Part shown: positions 20,442 to 31,681 of the stretch, piece after piece
Numbering within the stretch: the first letter of the stretch is position 1
Layout of the letters: every line of letters starts with the position of its first letter
Source: an uncultured bacterium
GTDB lineage: Bacteria; Actinomycetota; Acidimicrobiia; Spongiisociales; UBA5794
Assembly: GCA_963801165.1 (NCBI GenBank)
Contig: CAWDDT010000009.1
Span: 128,001-192,000, forward strand
Reading direction: 5' to 3'
Length of the DNA stretch: 64,000 nucleotides
Translations under genes and position numbers: made by a program
The notes under the pieces: model-generated
The model's database searches: none
Told to the model about the DNA's origin: nothing
What the model saw: only the letters and a program-made list of their open reading frames with translations

Positions 20442-21305
20442 TCACTGCTCCGGTGCTGGAGGGATCGGTTGCCGGGCCGCCTCGAGCTGATCGACAACAT
20501 CGTCGGGGACACGCAGATCGCCCTTGCCGGAGCCGATGCGAAGGTGCGGCTTGTACTTGCCGTGATAGTCGGAGCCGCCCGTGGCGACGATGTGGAGGTC
20601 GTCGCATATTTGGGCGATGTGGGTTCTCATTTCGGGGGTGTACTCGCCGTAGTAAGCCTCGATCCCTCCCAGCCCGAGCGATACGAGCTCACGGAAGCCT
20701 GTGGCGAATTCCCGGGCGTTGAGGTTGAGCGTGTGCGGGTGGGCGATCACCGGCACTGCGCCGCATTCCCGGCTCAGTGTGATTGCCTCCGCCGCCGTGA
20801 GCCTCATCCTGGGAACGTATCCGGGGCGGCCCGCCGCGAGGTAACGGTCGAAGGCCTCGGGGACCGTCTCCACGTACCCCTTCTCGATGAGGACACCTGC
20901 GAAGTGCGGGCGACCGACAACCCCGGTGCCGGCCTCGCGGCGCACCTCGTCCATTGTGATGTCGAGGCCCAGTGCGCATAGTCGGGACACGATCTCGTCG
21001 TTGCGGTGGGCGCGGGAGTCGCGTAGTCCTGCAAGACGATCCTGCAATGCCCCGGGTCCCGGCTCGAGAAAGTACACAAGCATATGCATCGCTTCGGTGC
21101 CCCATGCCACCGAGAGCTCGGTGCCACCGATGAACCGGATACCTTGCTGCCGTGCCGCAGCCGCGGCCGCGGGGAGGCCGTCGAGAATGTCGTGGTCGGT
21201 CAATGCGATACCGGTGAGGCCGGCGGCATGGGCTTGTGCGACGATGTCCTCAGGTGTATCGGATCCGTCCGAGTACACGCTGTGCAGGTGAAGATCAACC
21301 GTCAC
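20442..21305 (-). CDS. PHP domain phosphoesterase
   Basis: DLHLHS..SDG, LTDHD, GRPH, AHP, GGSDYHG. Confidence 0.92.
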   Translation of the reverse strand: MTVDLHLHSVYSDGSDTPEDIVAQAHAAGLTGIALTDHDILDGLPAAAAAARQQGIRFIGGTELSVAWGTEAMHMLVYFLEPGPGALQDRLAGLRDSRAHRNDEIVSRLCALGLDITMDEVRREAGTGVVGRPHFAGVLIEKGYVETVPEAFDRYLAAGRPGYVPRMRLTAAEAITLSRECGAVPVIAHPHTLNLNAREFATGFRELVSLGLGGIEAYYGEYTPEMRTHIAQICDDLHIVATGGSDYHGKYKPHLRIGSGKGDLRVPDDVVDQLEAARQPIPPAPEQ

Positions 21306-21312
21306 CGGGCCT

Positions 21313-21480
21313 TCAGCCCCAGACTGCGTTGGCCACGATCAACAGCACGAAGAAGACCACTACCCATATCGCCACGCGTTTCGCGGTGCTGAGGACCTTC
21401 TCGCGTCGGTTCACCTTGTTGAGCTCAACTTGCTTGACGGCCCGGTTCTGCCGTTGCCGCTCGCGTTTGTCAGTCGCCAT
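21313..21480 (-). CDS. Small basic membrane protein (55 aa)
   Basis: MATDKRERQRQNRAVK...VAIWVVVFFVLLIVANAVWG fills the gap between the cyclophilin and PHP genes. Confidence 0.65.
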   Translation of the reverse strand: MATDKRERQRQNRAVKQVELNKVNRREKVLSTAKRVAIWVVVFFVLLIVANAVWG

Positions 21481-21512
21481 GCTGCCCAGAGCATAGCGAG
21501 CGAGCGATCGGG

Positions 21513-22280
21513 CTATCCGTTGATGATGACCCGTTCTATGTACAGGGTCTCGAGCGGGACGCTCTTCTCGCCGAAGGGGTTGACGCCGAGCGGGATCCCG
21601 GCGATGGCGTCGAGGGCATCGAAGCCGCCGACGACCTTTCCGAAGTAGCTGTAGTCGTTGGGAAGCGGGGCGTCGGCGAGTGTGATGAAGAACTGCGATC
21701 CGCCCGTGTTTGGTCCCGAGTTGGCCATGGCCAGGGAGCCCGTCGCGTATACGAACCCGGCTTCGGGCAACTCGTCGGGGATGACGTAGCCGGGACCGCC
21801 ACGCCCGGTGGCCGTCGGGTCGCCGGCCTGAACGACGAAGCCGGGCACTATCCGATGCGACACCGTCCCGTCGAAGTAGCCGCTGCGGGCGAGGAAGACG
21901 AACGAGTTGACGGTCTCCGGTGCGATTGACGGGTCGAGCTCCACGACGATGTCGCCACACGAAGTCGTGATGGTGGCCTTGACCATCTGTGCCGGGTCGA
22001 GCCCCTGGTCTTCCGGAGCGTCGAAGGTCATCTCCCGCGCCGGTTCCGGTGCCGTCGCCCCGCACGCGGTTGGCTGGGCCGTGAAGCCCGCATAGTCGGA
22101 TGGGGGAACGCTGGGGAGGGTGATCTCGGGGAGGCTGCCGGTCGTCGTTGTGGAGTCGGCCGTTCCTGTCGATGTGTCGGAAGACGCCGCGCCGGCGTAT
22201 TTGTCGCCCCCGCCGCACGCCGCAGCGAGAAGGGCCACGCTGAGCGCGAGGAGGGCGAGCCGTGTGGTGTGGGAACGCAT
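21513..22280 (-). CDS. Cyclophilin-type peptidyl-prolyl isomerase lipoprotein
   Basis: Lipobox LAAAC; HRIVPGFVVQAGDP, LAMANSGPNTGGSQFFI. Confidence 0.93.
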   Translation of the reverse strand: MRSHTTRLALLALSVALLAAACGGGDKYAGAASSDTSTGTADSTTTTGSLPEITLPSVPPSDYAGFTAQPTACGATAPEPAREMTFDAPEDQGLDPAQMVKATITTSCGDIVVELDPSIAPETVNSFVFLARSGYFDGTVSHRIVPGFVVQAGDPTATGRGGPGYVIPDELPEAGFVYATGSLAMANSGPNTGGSQFFITLADAPLPNDYSYFGKVVGGFDALDAIAGIPLGVNPFGEKSVPLETLYIERVIING

Positions 22281-22336
22281 GAGAGGGGATGGTAGGGCAC
22301 CCGGTCACATACAGGTGCGCGCCGCCGGCCTCGGGC

Positions 22337-22819
22337 TCAGTCGCCTTTACCCGTTCGGGCTCGCCAGCGGGCGAGCATCTCGGGGATCTCGGCGGCCATG
22401 AACTCGAAGAAGTCCGCCATCTCGGTGAAGCGCCCACCCGCTGCCGTTGTAGGCCCACCCAGCGTTTCCGCTCCGCGGCGAGCCCGTCCGGCGACCCGGC
22501 TGAAGAAGTCGGTCTTGAGGATCGATGCCTCGTACCAGGCCGAGTTGGGTATCGCATAGGTGGCGCGGCGGCGTCCGGGATGGGGACGTGGTACCACCAG
22601 CCCGACATCGACGAGGTAGCGGACGGCACCTGAGATGGCGGCTGGGCTGACGCCGAGGCTCTCGGCCAGCTCTCCGGCGTCGAGGGACTCCCGCTCGGTC
22701 GCCATGAGCAAGAAGAGCACCCTGCCCGGCATCCGCGGAAAACCCCACGATGCCATCAGCAGCGCCGTCTCCTCGACCAGCTCGAGGAGGGCGGGATCCT
22801 CGGGTGTTTGCTCGGCCAC
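22337..22819 (-). CDS. MarR/GbsR family transcriptional regulator
   Basis: [29 protein letters not shown]; divergent from ABC exporter; start re-picked at GTG 22819. Confidence 0.87.
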   Translation of the reverse strand: MAEQTPEDPALLELVEETALLMASWGFPRMPGRVLFLLMATERESLDAGELAESLGVSPAAISGAVRYLVDVGLVVPRPHPGRRRATYAIPNSAWYEASILKTDFFSRVAGRARRGAETLGGPTTAAGGRFTEMADFFEFMAAEIPEMLARWRARTGKGD

Positions 22820-22832
22820 ACCGGGACCATAG

Positions 22833-22876
22833 GTGAATTTCACAACCTTCACAAGTTTATGAAAGTAGTATATGTT
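22833..22876. promoter_or_regulatory. AT-rich operator/promoter between the regulator and ABC exporter
   Basis: Palindromes GTGAA-T-TTCAC and TTCA-8 nt-TGAA; -10 TATGTT 6 nt before ATG 22883. Confidence 0.55.
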
Positions 22877-22882
22877 CGGAGC

Positions 22883-23773
22883 ATGGAAGATGTAATCGAA
22901 GTTCGGGGTCTCGAGAAGAGGTTCGGGTTAACTGTTGCCCTGGACGGTCTCGACATGTCAGTTGCCGCCGGCGAGGTGCATGGGTTTCTCGGTCCAAACG
23001 GTGCCGGCAAGTCGACGACGATCCGGGTCCTGCTCGGGCTGATCCGGGCAGCCGCCGGCTCGGCTCGTGTGCTTGGCAGCGACCCGTGGCGCGACGCCGC
23101 TGAGTTGCACAGGAGGCTTGCCTACGTGCCCGGTGACGTCGCCCTATGGCCGATGCTATCGGGTGGAGAGGTCATCGATCTGTTGGGTCGAATGGGTGGG
23201 GGCCTCGACGGCCGGCGCAAGACGAGCCTGATCGACCGATTCGAGCTCGATCCCACCAAGAAGTGCAAGACGTACTCGAAGGGCAACCGGCAGAAGGTGG
23301 CCCTCATTGCTGCCCTCGCCTCAAACGCCGAGCTACTCATTCTCGACGAGCCGACCTCCGGGTTGGACCCGTTGATGGAGGCCGAGTTCGGTCGGGTGAT
23401 CAGAGAAGACAGCGGGAACGGGCGATCGGTGCTGATGGCGAGTCACATCCTCTCCGAGGTGGAGGCATTGTGCGAGCGGGTGAGCATCGTGAGAGCAGGG
23501 AAGATCGTCGAAACGGGGTCTCTCGACGATATGCGCCATCTGACCAGGACCACGATCTCGGCAGAACTCGCCGCATCACCGGCCGGGCTCCCTTCTCTCG
23601 AGGGCGTGCACGATCTGTCTGTTGACGGGGCTACGGTCAGTTTCCAGGTCGATCAGACTTCGCTCGACGCCGCCTTGAAGGTTCTCGCCTCGGCCGGTGT
23701 CGTGTCGTTGGTCAGCAGGCCGCCAACGCTCGAGGAGCTGTTCCTGAGGCACTACCAGGAGGCCTCGTCGTGA
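22883..23773 (+). CDS. ABC exporter ATP-binding protein
   Basis: [27 protein letters not shown]. Confidence 0.93.
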   Translation: MEDVIEVRGLEKRFGLTVALDGLDMSVAAGEVHGFLGPNGAGKSTTIRVLLGLIRAAAGSARVLGSDPWRDAAELHRRLAYVPGDVALWPMLSGGEVIDLLGRMGGGLDGRRKTSLIDRFELDPTKKCKTYSKGNRQKVALIAALASNAELLILDEPTSGLDPLMEAEFGRVIREDSGNGRSVLMASHILSEVEALCERVSIVRAGKIVETGSLDDMRHLTRTTISAELAASPAGLPSLEGVHDLSVDGATVSFQVDQTSLDAALKVLASAGVVSLVSRPPTLEELFLRHYQEASS

Positions 23774-25365
23774 GCGAGATCGCCGGTCTCGGCCGGATGA
23801 TCAGGATGATTCTGCGGCGGGACAGGATCCAGCTCCCGGTGTGGATCCTCGTCATCGGGTTGCTTCCGGCGGGGGTCGCGTCTGCGTTCACCGGGCTCTA
23901 CCCGACCACTGCGGCCCTGAGCACCGCGGCCGCCACTATCGCCTCGAACACCGCCTTTGTGGCGTTCCTCGGCCCGATCCAATCTCCAACCCTCGGCGGT
24001 CTTGTCGTGTGGCGCGTGGGTGCAGCCCTCTCGGTCCTCGCCGGCGTGATGAGCGTGTTGCTCATCACCCGCCACACGCGGGCGGAAGAGCAGACAGGGC
24101 GGAGAGAGCTGATCGGGTCGACCACCATCGGACGCCAGGCGCCGCTGGCGGCCGCGATCGTGGTCGGGGCGGCAGCCAATCTGGTCGCCGGGCTGCTTAT
24201 TGTGGCAGGGCTGCTCAACGCCGGGCTGGAAGCGAAAGGAGCGGTGGCCTTCGGGCTCGCCATCACTACGGTCGGATGGCTTTTCACGGGTATCGCCGCG
24301 TTTGCCGCCCAACTGCCCGACAGCAGCCGGACCAGTAATGCAATCGGCATGGCGGTGATCGGTGCATCGTTTGTGCTTCGGGTAGCCGGCGACGCGGCCG
24401 GTACCGGCGGAGCGGGATGGCTGTCGTGGATCTCGCCTATCGGGTTGGCCGCACGGGTAGGGGCGTTTGCCGGCGAGCGGTGGTGGCCCGTCCTGGTGCT
24501 GACGATCGTGGCCCTGGGGCTTGTGGCGACTGCTTTGGCAATCTCCAACCGGCGGGATGTCGGATCGGCGGTCATCCGCACCGGGCGCGGTCCTGCCGAA
24601 GCCGTGCCGTCGCTCCGGTCTCCGTGGGCGCTCGCCTGGCGCCTACAGCGCGGCCTCGCTCTTTCGTGGACGGTCGCCTTTGCCGTGTTCGGGTTGCTCC
24701 TCGGCGCGTTCGCCGAGGGTGTCGGGACGCTGATGGAGGAGACCCCCACCCTCGCCGATGTGATAGCCCGTCTGGGTGGTTCGTCAATCATCTCCAACGC
24801 CTATCTCGCCGCCATGCTCAGCGTCGCCGCGGGTATCGCGGCGGCACACGGAGTGCAGGCGGTGCTCAGACTGCATGGGGAGGAGACCGACCAGCATGCC
24901 GAAATCGTTCTCGCCGGTGCCGTCGACCGCCGTAGCTGGGTCGGTAGCCACCTGCTCTTCGGCGTGATGGCGCCGGTTGTGGACATGGTCGTATTCGGGG
25001 CGGCGATGGGGTTGGCGTACGGGATATCTACCGGCGACGCCACTGAGGTCCTCCGGGTGGCCGGGGCAGCAATGGTCTACGTGCCCGCTTCCTGGGTGAT
25101 GGTTGGATTGGCCCTGCTCGTGTTTGCGGTCGTCCCGCAGCGCGGCGCCCTCGGCTGGAGTGCGCTTGGCGCCGCGCTGATCCTGACACTGCTGGGCAGC
25201 GCGCTCAACCTCGACCAGTGGCTGCTCGATCTGTCGCCTTTCACCCATTCACCGAGTGTGCCCGGGGGTGCGGTTCGTGCGCTTCCCCTGGTTGTCTTGA
25301 TAGGCCTCTCCGGATCGCTCGCCTGGTCCGGGCTAATGGCCTTCGGACACCGCGACCTGGAGTGA
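23770..25365 (+). CDS. ABC-2 exporter permease (polyketide-exporter-like)
   Basis: [22 protein letters not shown]; about 12 TMs; GTGA coupling. Confidence 0.88.
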   Translation: MSEIAGLGRMIRMILRRDRIQLPVWILVIGLLPAGVASAFTGLYPTTAALSTAAATIASNTAFVAFLGPIQSPTLGGLVVWRVGAALSVLAGVMSVLLITRHTRAEEQTGRRELIGSTTIGRQAPLAAAIVVGAAANLVAGLLIVAGLLNAGLEAKGAVAFGLAITTVGWLFTGIAAFAAQLPDSSRTSNAIGMAVIGASFVLRVAGDAAGTGGAGWLSWISPIGLAARVGAFAGERWWPVLVLTIVALGLVATALAISNRRDVGSAVIRTGRGPAEAVPSLRSPWALAWRLQRGLALSWTVAFAVFGLLLGAFAEGVGTLMEETPTLADVIARLGGSSIISNAYLAAMLSVAAGIAAAHGVQAVLRLHGEETDQHAEIVLAGAVDRRSWVGSHLLFGVMAPVVDMVVFGAAMGLAYGISTGDATEVLRVAGAAMVYVPASWVMVGLALLVFAVVPQRGALGWSALGAALILTLLGSALNLDQWLLDLSPFTHSPSVPGGAVRALPLVVLIGLSGSLAWSGLMAFGHRDLE

Positions 25366-25431
25366 CCCGGACATCATCCGCTACATCGGCGGTGATTACT
25401 CACCTCTCGCGTACCCCGTTACACTCGCCGA

Positions 25432-26670
25432 ATGCCGTTCGTAGTGCAGAAATACGGTGGTACCTCCGTCGCCGACGCGGAGCGTATTCGAGCCGTTGCC
25501 GCCCGAGCCGTTGCCACCCACAGGTCGGGACATGACGTTGTTGTGGTCGTCAGTGCGATGGGCAAGAGCACGGACGATTTGATCACTCTGGCTGGTGAGG
25601 TGACGCCGAACTCGCATCCCCGCGAGATGGACATGCTGCTCACGGCGGGGGAGCGGATCTCGATGGCGCTGGTGGCGATGGCCATCCAGGATCACGGGGC
25701 CGGCTCGATGAGCCTCACCGGTTCCCAAGCAGGGATCCTCACCACCGAGGAGCACGGGCACGCCGAGATCATCGGCATCCGAGGGGACCGGGTCCGAGAG
25801 GGGCTTGCCGAGGGGAAGATCGTCATTGTGGCCGGTTTCCAGGGGGTGAACCCGGAGACCCGCGACGTGACCACGCTGGGTCGGGGTGGCTCCGACGCAA
25901 CCGCGGTCGCCCTGGCCGCAGTGCTGGGAGCCGACGTCTGCGAGATCTATACCGACGTCGACGGTGTTTTCACGGCCGACCCTCGTCTCGTCCCTCATGC
26001 AACCAAACTCGATGAGATCACGTTTGAAGAGATGCTCGAGTTGGCCTCGGCAGGCGCCGGGGTTCTGATGGCTCGTTCGGTCGAGTTCGGCCGCCGCTAC
26101 CACATACCGATACACGTTCGCTCGTCGTTCCACGGCGGGGTCGGGACGTGGGTCAAGGAGGAAACCATGGAAGAGGCGATCATTCGGGGTGTAGCCCATG
26201 ACGTTTCGGAGGCCAAGGTCACGGTCCATGGTGTTCCCGACGCACCGGGTCTGGCGGCACAGCTGTTCGAGCCGCTGGCCGATGCCGGCATCACTGTCGA
26301 CATGATCGTTCAGAACGTGTCTCGGGCAGGTGTGACGGACATCAGCTTCACGGTCCCGAGGACCGATTTGGCCACGGCCGAAGATGTTGCCAAGACGACC
26401 GCCGCCGCCATAGGTGCAGCCGGTGTGGATGTCGACCACAACATCGCCAAGGTGTCCCTGGTTGGCGCCGGTATGAAGCACGAGTTCGGTATCGCCGGCA
26501 AGATGTTCCGGATCCTCGCCGACCATCACGTCAATATCGAGATGATCAGTACTTCTCCGATACGTATATCCTGCGTGGTTCGAGGCGATGACGTCGCGGC
26601 CGCGGTGCGCGGCCTCCACGATGGGTTCGGGCTCGGTGCACGCGGAGAGGAGGGTGCGGACAATGGGTAA
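25432..26670 (+). CDS. ask: Aspartate kinase (alpha; beta subunit from internal start 26167)
   Basis: [22 protein letters not shown], two ACT domains. Confidence 0.96.
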   Translation: MPFVVQKYGGTSVADAERIRAVAARAVATHRSGHDVVVVVSAMGKSTDDLITLAGEVTPNSHPREMDMLLTAGERISMALVAMAIQDHGAGSMSLTGSQAGILTTEEHGHAEIIGIRGDRVREGLAEGKIVIVAGFQGVNPETRDVTTLGRGGSDATAVALAAVLGADVCEIYTDVDGVFTADPRLVPHATKLDEITFEEMLELASAGAGVLMARSVEFGRRYHIPIHVRSSFHGGVGTWVKEETMEEAIIRGVAHDVSEAKVTVHGVPDAPGLAAQLFEPLADAGITVDMIVQNVSRAGVTDISFTVPRTDLATAEDVAKTTAAAIGAAGVDVDHNIAKVSLVGAGMKHEFGIAGKMFRILADHHVNIEMISTSPIRISCVVRGDDVAAAVRGLHDGFGLGARGEEGADNG

Positions 26671-27673
26671 AAGGACTGCGATTGTCGGTGCGACCGGTGC
26701 CGTCGGCACCACCATGCTCTCGATTCTCGAGGAGCGCGACTTCCCGGTTTCGGATTTGCGTCTGCTCGCCTCGAGCCGGTCGGCGGGACGGGTGATCCCC
26801 ACCCGGTGGGGTGAGGTCACGGTCGAGGATCTGGCCACCGCAGACCCTGCCGGCATCGAGGTGGCGCTGTTCTCAGCCGGCGGGAGCCGGTCGAAGCAGT
26901 ATGCCCCCGTGTTCGCCGGCGCAGGTGCCGTGGTCATCGACAACTCCTCGGCGTTCCGGCAGCAGGACAACGTTCCTCTGGTGGTGGCGCAGGTCAACGA
27001 CCATGCCATCAAGGAGCACGAGGGCATCATCGCCAACCCGAATTGCACCACGATGGTGCTCATGATGGCGGCAGGGCCGCTCCACCGCGCCGCCGGGTTG
27101 CGGGCGATGACGGCGACCTCCTACCAAGCGGTGTCCGGGACCGGGCAGACCGGTATGGAAGTGCTCGCCCACGAGATAGACGTCCTCGGCAAGGACCGGG
27201 AGCTGCTCGCCAGGGGTGGTTGGACCGAGCCGGGCAGCGACGTATACAGCCGGCCGATCGGCTTCAACGTGCTGCCGCATGCGGGGTCGTTCACCGAGCA
27301 GGGATACACCGACGAGGAGTGGAAGCTGGTCAACGAGACGCGCAAGATCCTCGAGGCTCCCGACATCCGGGTCGAGCCGTTCTGTGTGCGGGTACCGGTG
27401 ATGGTCGGGCACGGGATCGCGGCCACCATGTTCTTCGACCGCTCCGTCTCCGTGGACGAAGCGAAGGAGATTCTCGCCGACGCTCCGGGTGCTCAGCTGT
27501 GGGACGATTCGAAGGTACCGACGCCGCTCGACTCGGCAGGCATCGATGACGTTCTCATCGGTCGAGTCCGCACCACGGTGGGAACCGGGGGCGGGATCAG
27601 CCTCTGGACCGTGGGCGACAACCTGCGCAAGGGGGCGGCTCTCAACGCCGTCCAACTCGCCGAGCTGATCTAG
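26663..27673 (+). CDS. asd: Aspartate-semialdehyde dehydrogenase
   Basis: [29 protein letters not shown]. Confidence 0.96.
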   Translation: MGKRTAIVGATGAVGTTMLSILEERDFPVSDLRLLASSRSAGRVIPTRWGEVTVEDLATADPAGIEVALFSAGGSRSKQYAPVFAGAGAVVIDNSSAFRQQDNVPLVVAQVNDHAIKEHEGIIANPNCTTMVLMMAAGPLHRAAGLRAMTATSYQAVSGTGQTGMEVLAHEIDVLGKDRELLARGGWTEPGSDVYSRPIGFNVLPHAGSFTEQGYTDEEWKLVNETRKILEAPDIRVEPFCVRVPVMVGHGIAATMFFDRSVSVDEAKEILADAPGAQLWDDSKVPTPLDSAGIDDVLIGRVRTTVGTGGGISLWTVGDNLRKGAALNAVQLAELI

Positions 27674-27697
27674 GCCACTCGCCGGGAGTTGTCCTTG

Positions 27698-27883
27698 CTA
27701 CTCGTCCCCGGCCGAGCTGCGCCGGGCGAGGAGGAACACGATGCCCGCCGCCAGCGCCAGGGCGGCCCCGGCGAGACCCACGAGGGGTGGAACGACGTCG
27801 GGGCCGAGCACGACGTGTCCCAGCAGCACCACTATTCCCACGGCGCCTAATCCGGTTGCGATCTTGTGTTCGGTGAACGGCAT
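27698..27883 (-). CDS. Small hypothetical membrane protein
   Basis: Two TM helices; SD AGGAGAG; coupled to the TetR stop. Confidence 0.65.
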   Translation of the reverse strand: MPFTEHKIATGLGAVGIVVLLGHVVLGPDVVPPLVGLAGAALALAAGIVFLLARRSSAGDE

Positions 27884-28542
27884 CAGTTCTCCTCTCCTCT
27901 GTCTGTCTCGGGGGCGACGATGGCGTCGCAGATGAAGTCGATCGGTCCTTTCATCGCATCGGAGTCTGTGGGCGTGCCGTGAAAGAACTGGAAGAACGCA
28001 CGCTCATGACACAGGCTCAGGATGAGCGAGGACGCGGCGCCGCAGTCGACATCGGATCGGACCCGCCCTAGCTCCTGCTCGGCGCGGAGGTACTGCTCGA
28101 GGGGATGGGCGTCGAACCCTCCGGCGGCCTCGCTGCCCGCCCCGAAGATCCTCCGCAGGGCTGCGAGGAGTCCCTGGTCGGAGAAGACAGAACCAAAGAG
28201 CGGGACCAATCTGTCGAGGACGCCGCTGATCTCGCCTGCCGCCCGCCGCACGTTGGCGCCGACCGTCGCCCTGCCTGCTCGCCCCGCGATGGCCTGCAGC
28301 GGTTGCGATGCAGTGTGCGCTTGCCGGATCATCGCAGCAACGATCAGGTCGTGCCGGTCGCTGAAATAGTTGTAAAGCGTACCGACGGCGACACCCGCCT
28401 CCTCTGCGATGACCCGTGTCGAAGCCGCCGCGAGACCATCGCGGACGATGACGCGGTGGGCGGAATCGAGGATGTGAGCCTTCACGGCGTCCGAGTCGCC
28501 ATCGGTCGACGCCATCAAGTGAGGTGGTAGTGGTCTAGGCAT
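27883..28542 (-). CDS. TetR/AcrR family regulator
   Basis: IAEEAGVAVGTLYNYF HTH. Confidence 0.92.
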   Translation of the reverse strand: MPRPLPPHLMASTDGDSDAVKAHILDSAHRVIVRDGLAAASTRVIAEEAGVAVGTLYNYFSDRHDLIVAAMIRQAHTASQPLQAIAGRAGRATVGANVRRAAGEISGVLDRLVPLFGSVFSDQGLLAALRRIFGAGSEAAGGFDAHPLEQYLRAEQELGRVRSDVDCGAASSLILSLCHERAFFQFFHGTPTDSDAMKGPIDFICDAIVAPETDRGEEN

Positions 28543-29275
28543 CCCGGTAACGCTCCCATACGATCGCGGCCGCCATTATCACCGCGGCATATGCGATCAG
28601 AACAACGGCGGCGGTAGCCGGACTCAGCAGGTCGGGGGTCCCGATGCCGCCGACGAGTGCTCGTCCCGCCCCCATTGGAAGCCACCGGCCGAAGCTCGGG
28701 AAGAATCCTTCGGCGATATGCTCAACCACGGCCATCCAGGAAAGCCACCCGACGATTGCGACCACCTGGTTGCGGACCAGGCTCCCCGTGGCGGCGCCGA
28801 TGCCACAGAAGAGAGCGGCATAAAGGGCTGTGGCGCCGAGGGTCGACCACGAGGTCGACGGGCCGAGCGGGAAACCGAGATCCCTGACTCGATACATGAG
28901 CAGGGCCGTCGCAAGTGCGGTGCCGGAGGCCAGGAGCCCGAAGATCCCGCCGGTCGTCAGGGCCGTTGCCAGCTTCACAGCGATAACCCGCGGTCTGCGT
29001 GGTGTCGTCAGGAAAGTGTCGATCGCAGTGCCGTGCCGGTACTCGCCGGCCGAGATGATGATCCCGAGCACGAGGACGAATATGGCGCCGGCGACCGATA
29101 CGCCGAGAACGTCACGCGCCCCATTCGCCGACTCCAGATCGATGCCGGCACTGTCGGCTACGAGGACTGTGCTGGCCACGGCGAGCCCGCTGAGAGTGAC
29201 CGTGGTCACCAGCAGGGCCCATGGTGTTCGCACCGTTCTCAGCTTGAGAAACTCCGCGGCGAGTAGATCCCTCAT
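28535..29275 (-). CDS. ABC-2 transporter permease
   Basis: AEFLKLRT, GEYRHGT...TPRR; about 6 TMs. Confidence 0.88.
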   Translation of the reverse strand: MRDLLAAEFLKLRTVRTPWALLVTTVTLSGLAVASTVLVADSAGIDLESANGARDVLGVSVAGAIFVLVLGIIISAGEYRHGTAIDTFLTTPRRPRVIAVKLATALTTGGIFGLLASGTALATALLMYRVRDLGFPLGPSTSWSTLGATALYAALFCGIGAATGSLVRNQVVAIVGWLSWMAVVEHIAEGFFPSFGRWLPMGAGRALVGGIGTPDLLSPATAAVVLIAYAAVIMAAAIVWERYRDA

Positions 29276-30165
29276 GGCTTCACCTCCGTACTCGTGAGCT
29301 CGAGAAACACATCCTCTAGCTGCCGCCCTCCGGTGGCGCGGGCCAGTTCCGACAGGACGATGTCCTCGCGAGCCGCCAGCCGACCGATATCCTCGGAAGT
29401 GGCACCTCGGATGATGAGGCGACCGTCGCCGTTGCTACTGACGGTCCAACCGCTCGATTCGGCCAGCGCCGTCAGCCTCTCCTTGTCGGGGGTGCGCACA
29501 GCCACGCCACCAGCGCCTGCCGTTACCTCTGTTGTTGTGCCGCGCCGGATGACTTGCCCGTTGTTGATGATCACGATCTGATCGGCAACGGTCTCGACCT
29601 CGGCGAGCACGTGGCTGGAGAAGAGCACGGTCCGCCCCTGGTCTGCCCATTTTCGCATCTGGGTGCGGAGCCAGGCAATCCCGGCAGGGTCGAGACCGGT
29701 GGCCGGCTCGTCGAGGACGAGCACGGGTGGGTCTCCGAGGAGAGCAGTCGCAAGAGCTAGACGCTGCCGCATTCCTTGTGAGTACCCGCCGACCTTGCGC
29801 CGCTTTGCCGAAGTCAGGTCGGCGAACTCGAGAACCTGGTCGACGCGCCGGCGTGGCAACCCGGCGCCACGAGCAACGATGCGCAGGTGTTGTTCTCCGC
29901 TCCGTCCGGGATGGAACCCTGCATGGTCCAGCACGGCCCCGACTTCGAGGCGTGGTCGAGCGAGATCGCCGTAGCGTGTCGTATCGATGAGCGCGGTGCC
30001 CGAGTCGGGGCGTGCCAGGCCGAGAAGCACCCGGAGGGTTGTCGTCTTGCCTGCCCCGTTCGGTCCGAGGAAGCCGGTCACGGCGCCGGTGGGTGCCGTG
30101 AAGCTCACCCCATCGACGGCACGGGTGGTTCCGTAGGTCTTGGTCAACGAATCTATCTCTATCAC
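29272..30165 (-). CDS. ABC transporter ATP-binding protein
   Basis: GPNGAGKTT, YSQGMRQR, LDEPATGLDP. Confidence 0.93.
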   Translation of the reverse strand: MIEIDSLTKTYGTTRAVDGVSFTAPTGAVTGFLGPNGAGKTTTLRVLLGLARPDSGTALIDTTRYGDLARPRLEVGAVLDHAGFHPGRSGEQHLRIVARGAGLPRRRVDQVLEFADLTSAKRRKVGGYSQGMRQRLALATALLGDPPVLVLDEPATGLDPAGIAWLRTQMRKWADQGRTVLFSSHVLAEVETVADQIVIINNGQVIRRGTTTEVTAGAGGVAVRTPDKERLTALAESSGWTVSSNGDGRLIIRGATSEDIGRLAAREDIVLSELARATGGRQLEDVFLELTSTEVKP

Positions 30166-30177
30166 GTCCCCTCCTTT

Positions 30178-30236
30178 ATGAGCGGTCGTTCATTATCTTG
30201 TCGGGGCATTATGAACGAGCGCTCATTACCTGTCAA
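30178..30236 (-). promoter_or_regulatory. Promoter with two TetR-type operators
   Basis: Minus strand TTGACA-17 nt-CATAAT; ATGAGCGGTCGTTCAT (30178-30193) and ATGAACGAGCGCTCAT (30211-30226). Confidence 0.75.
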
Positions 30237-30290
30237 GGTGTTGTCCGGAACCCGATACCCGCGATAGGACCGGGGTTGGCCGTTTCCGAG

Positions 30291-31529
30291 CTAGCGAGCC
30301 GGGGAGTTCCGGTAGGCGGTGAGAGCGATGATGGCAAAGGCGGTCAGCTCGCCGATCCCGAAGGCGTAGGCAGCCCTGGTGAGCGGATCGGTTCCCGAGA
30401 CAAGGAGCACCACCGCGGCGACTAGCGCCGCTAGGACCCATCCGACGGCCAGGTCCCGGGTACGGCCGCGGGCAACGAGGATCTGAGTGACGAACACGAT
30501 GGTGAGGGCGGCCACCGCACCGGCGCCGCCGAGCCCGGCCACCAGAGGAGTCGGACGGAACTCGGCTCCATACATCACCTCGATGATCGTGGGGAGGATC
30601 GCATAGCTGGTGACACCACCGACGAGCGCAGCCGTCCCGCCGAGTGCGGCGAGTCGGGCCGCCCACTTGTGGAGCACCTCAGGTTGGTCGTCGCTCAGAG
30701 CGGTTGTCATCGCCGCAAGGAACCGTGTCGCCAGCGGGTACGACGCGGTGATCGGTCCGCGCAGCAACGTGAACGTGATGAAGTAGATGCTGACCTCGGC
30801 GGCGGTTCCGCCGATCAGGCCAACCACGAGCGGGCCGCCCGCCAGGATGAGCTGGGAAAGGGCCGAGGCGACGACGAGAAGCTGGAGCAAGCCCGTGGTC
30901 TTGGGAACCTCACCCGGGCTACGGTTCGGATGGATCTGCACGCGGTAGGGACGTACCAGCAACAGTGTCAGCGGGGCGGCTCCCAGCGAGAACGCAAACC
31001 AGAACGAGCCGGCGCTTCCGACCGAGAAGACGATGCCGAGAGTGACGAGAGCAAGCGCCTCGAGCATCATCGTGCCACCGTACGCAGTGAAGCGGCGGCG
31101 CCCGGCCATGACGCCCCGGGCGACGGTCATCAGCGTCCTGGCAAACAGCAGCAGGGCGATGGCGATGACGAAGATCGCACGACCCTCAAAGAAGCGGTCT
31201 ATGCCGAGGGCAGCCACGGCGACCCCGATGGTGACCCCGGATCCCAGCGTGACGGCGATCTGACGGCGCGCATGAGAATCGAGCGCCTCGCCCGCCCGTA
31301 TGGTCACGGACCGGGTCGTTGTCTGCTCGACCGGCAACATCACGATGGTGTAGACGAGGAACCCGATGGTCCACACGGTGGCGACCGGAGCGAAGCCCTC
31401 GGCGCCGAGCGAGCGGCCACCCACGACCTGGAAAACGTATGCGCTCAGCGACGCAACGATCGCCCCCACGGCGATTGCCCAGGTGCCGTCGTTGGTGCGC
31501 GGCGTGTCGGTGCTGATTACCTGGTTCAT
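30291..31529 (-). CDS. Polysaccharide flippase-like (MOP/Wzx) membrane protein
   Basis: About 12 TMs; YVFQVVGGRSLGAEGF, ARGVMAGRRRF..YG. Confidence 0.7.
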   Translation of the reverse strand: MNQVISTDTPRTNDGTWAIAVGAIVASLSAYVFQVVGGRSLGAEGFAPVATVWTIGFLVYTIVMLPVEQTTTRSVTIRAGEALDSHARRQIAVTLGSGVTIGVAVAALGIDRFFEGRAIFVIAIALLLFARTLMTVARGVMAGRRRFTAYGGTMMLEALALVTLGIVFSVGSAGSFWFAFSLGAAPLTLLLVRPYRVQIHPNRSPGEVPKTTGLLQLLVVASALSQLILAGGPLVVGLIGGTAAEVSIYFITFTLLRGPITASYPLATRFLAAMTTALSDDQPEVLHKWAARLAALGGTAALVGGVTSYAILPTIIEVMYGAEFRPTPLVAGLGGAGAVAALTIVFVTQILVARGRTRDLAVGWVLAALVAAVVLLVSGTDPLTRAAYAFGIGELTAFAIIALTAYRNSPAR

Positions 31530-31681
31530 CCGGGGGACATTAACCGTACCCGGACACAGCCGTGCGTGTCGGTTTGGCCCACTGACCGACGCTTTGTCAA
31601 CGCGTCCGGCCGCGGTCAGTCCCGCCTCCGGGTTCGCAGGCGCTGCCTGGAACCGGGACGAATCTGCGGATAGCCCAAGCG

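Noticed and set aside
25396-27063. 555 aa antisense ORF and many similar long shadow ORFs
   Set aside because: They mirror well-supported genes and are expected in high-GC DNA
30291-31529. Flippase as part of the sulfotransferase cluster
   Set aside because: More than 20 kb away with no linkage evidence
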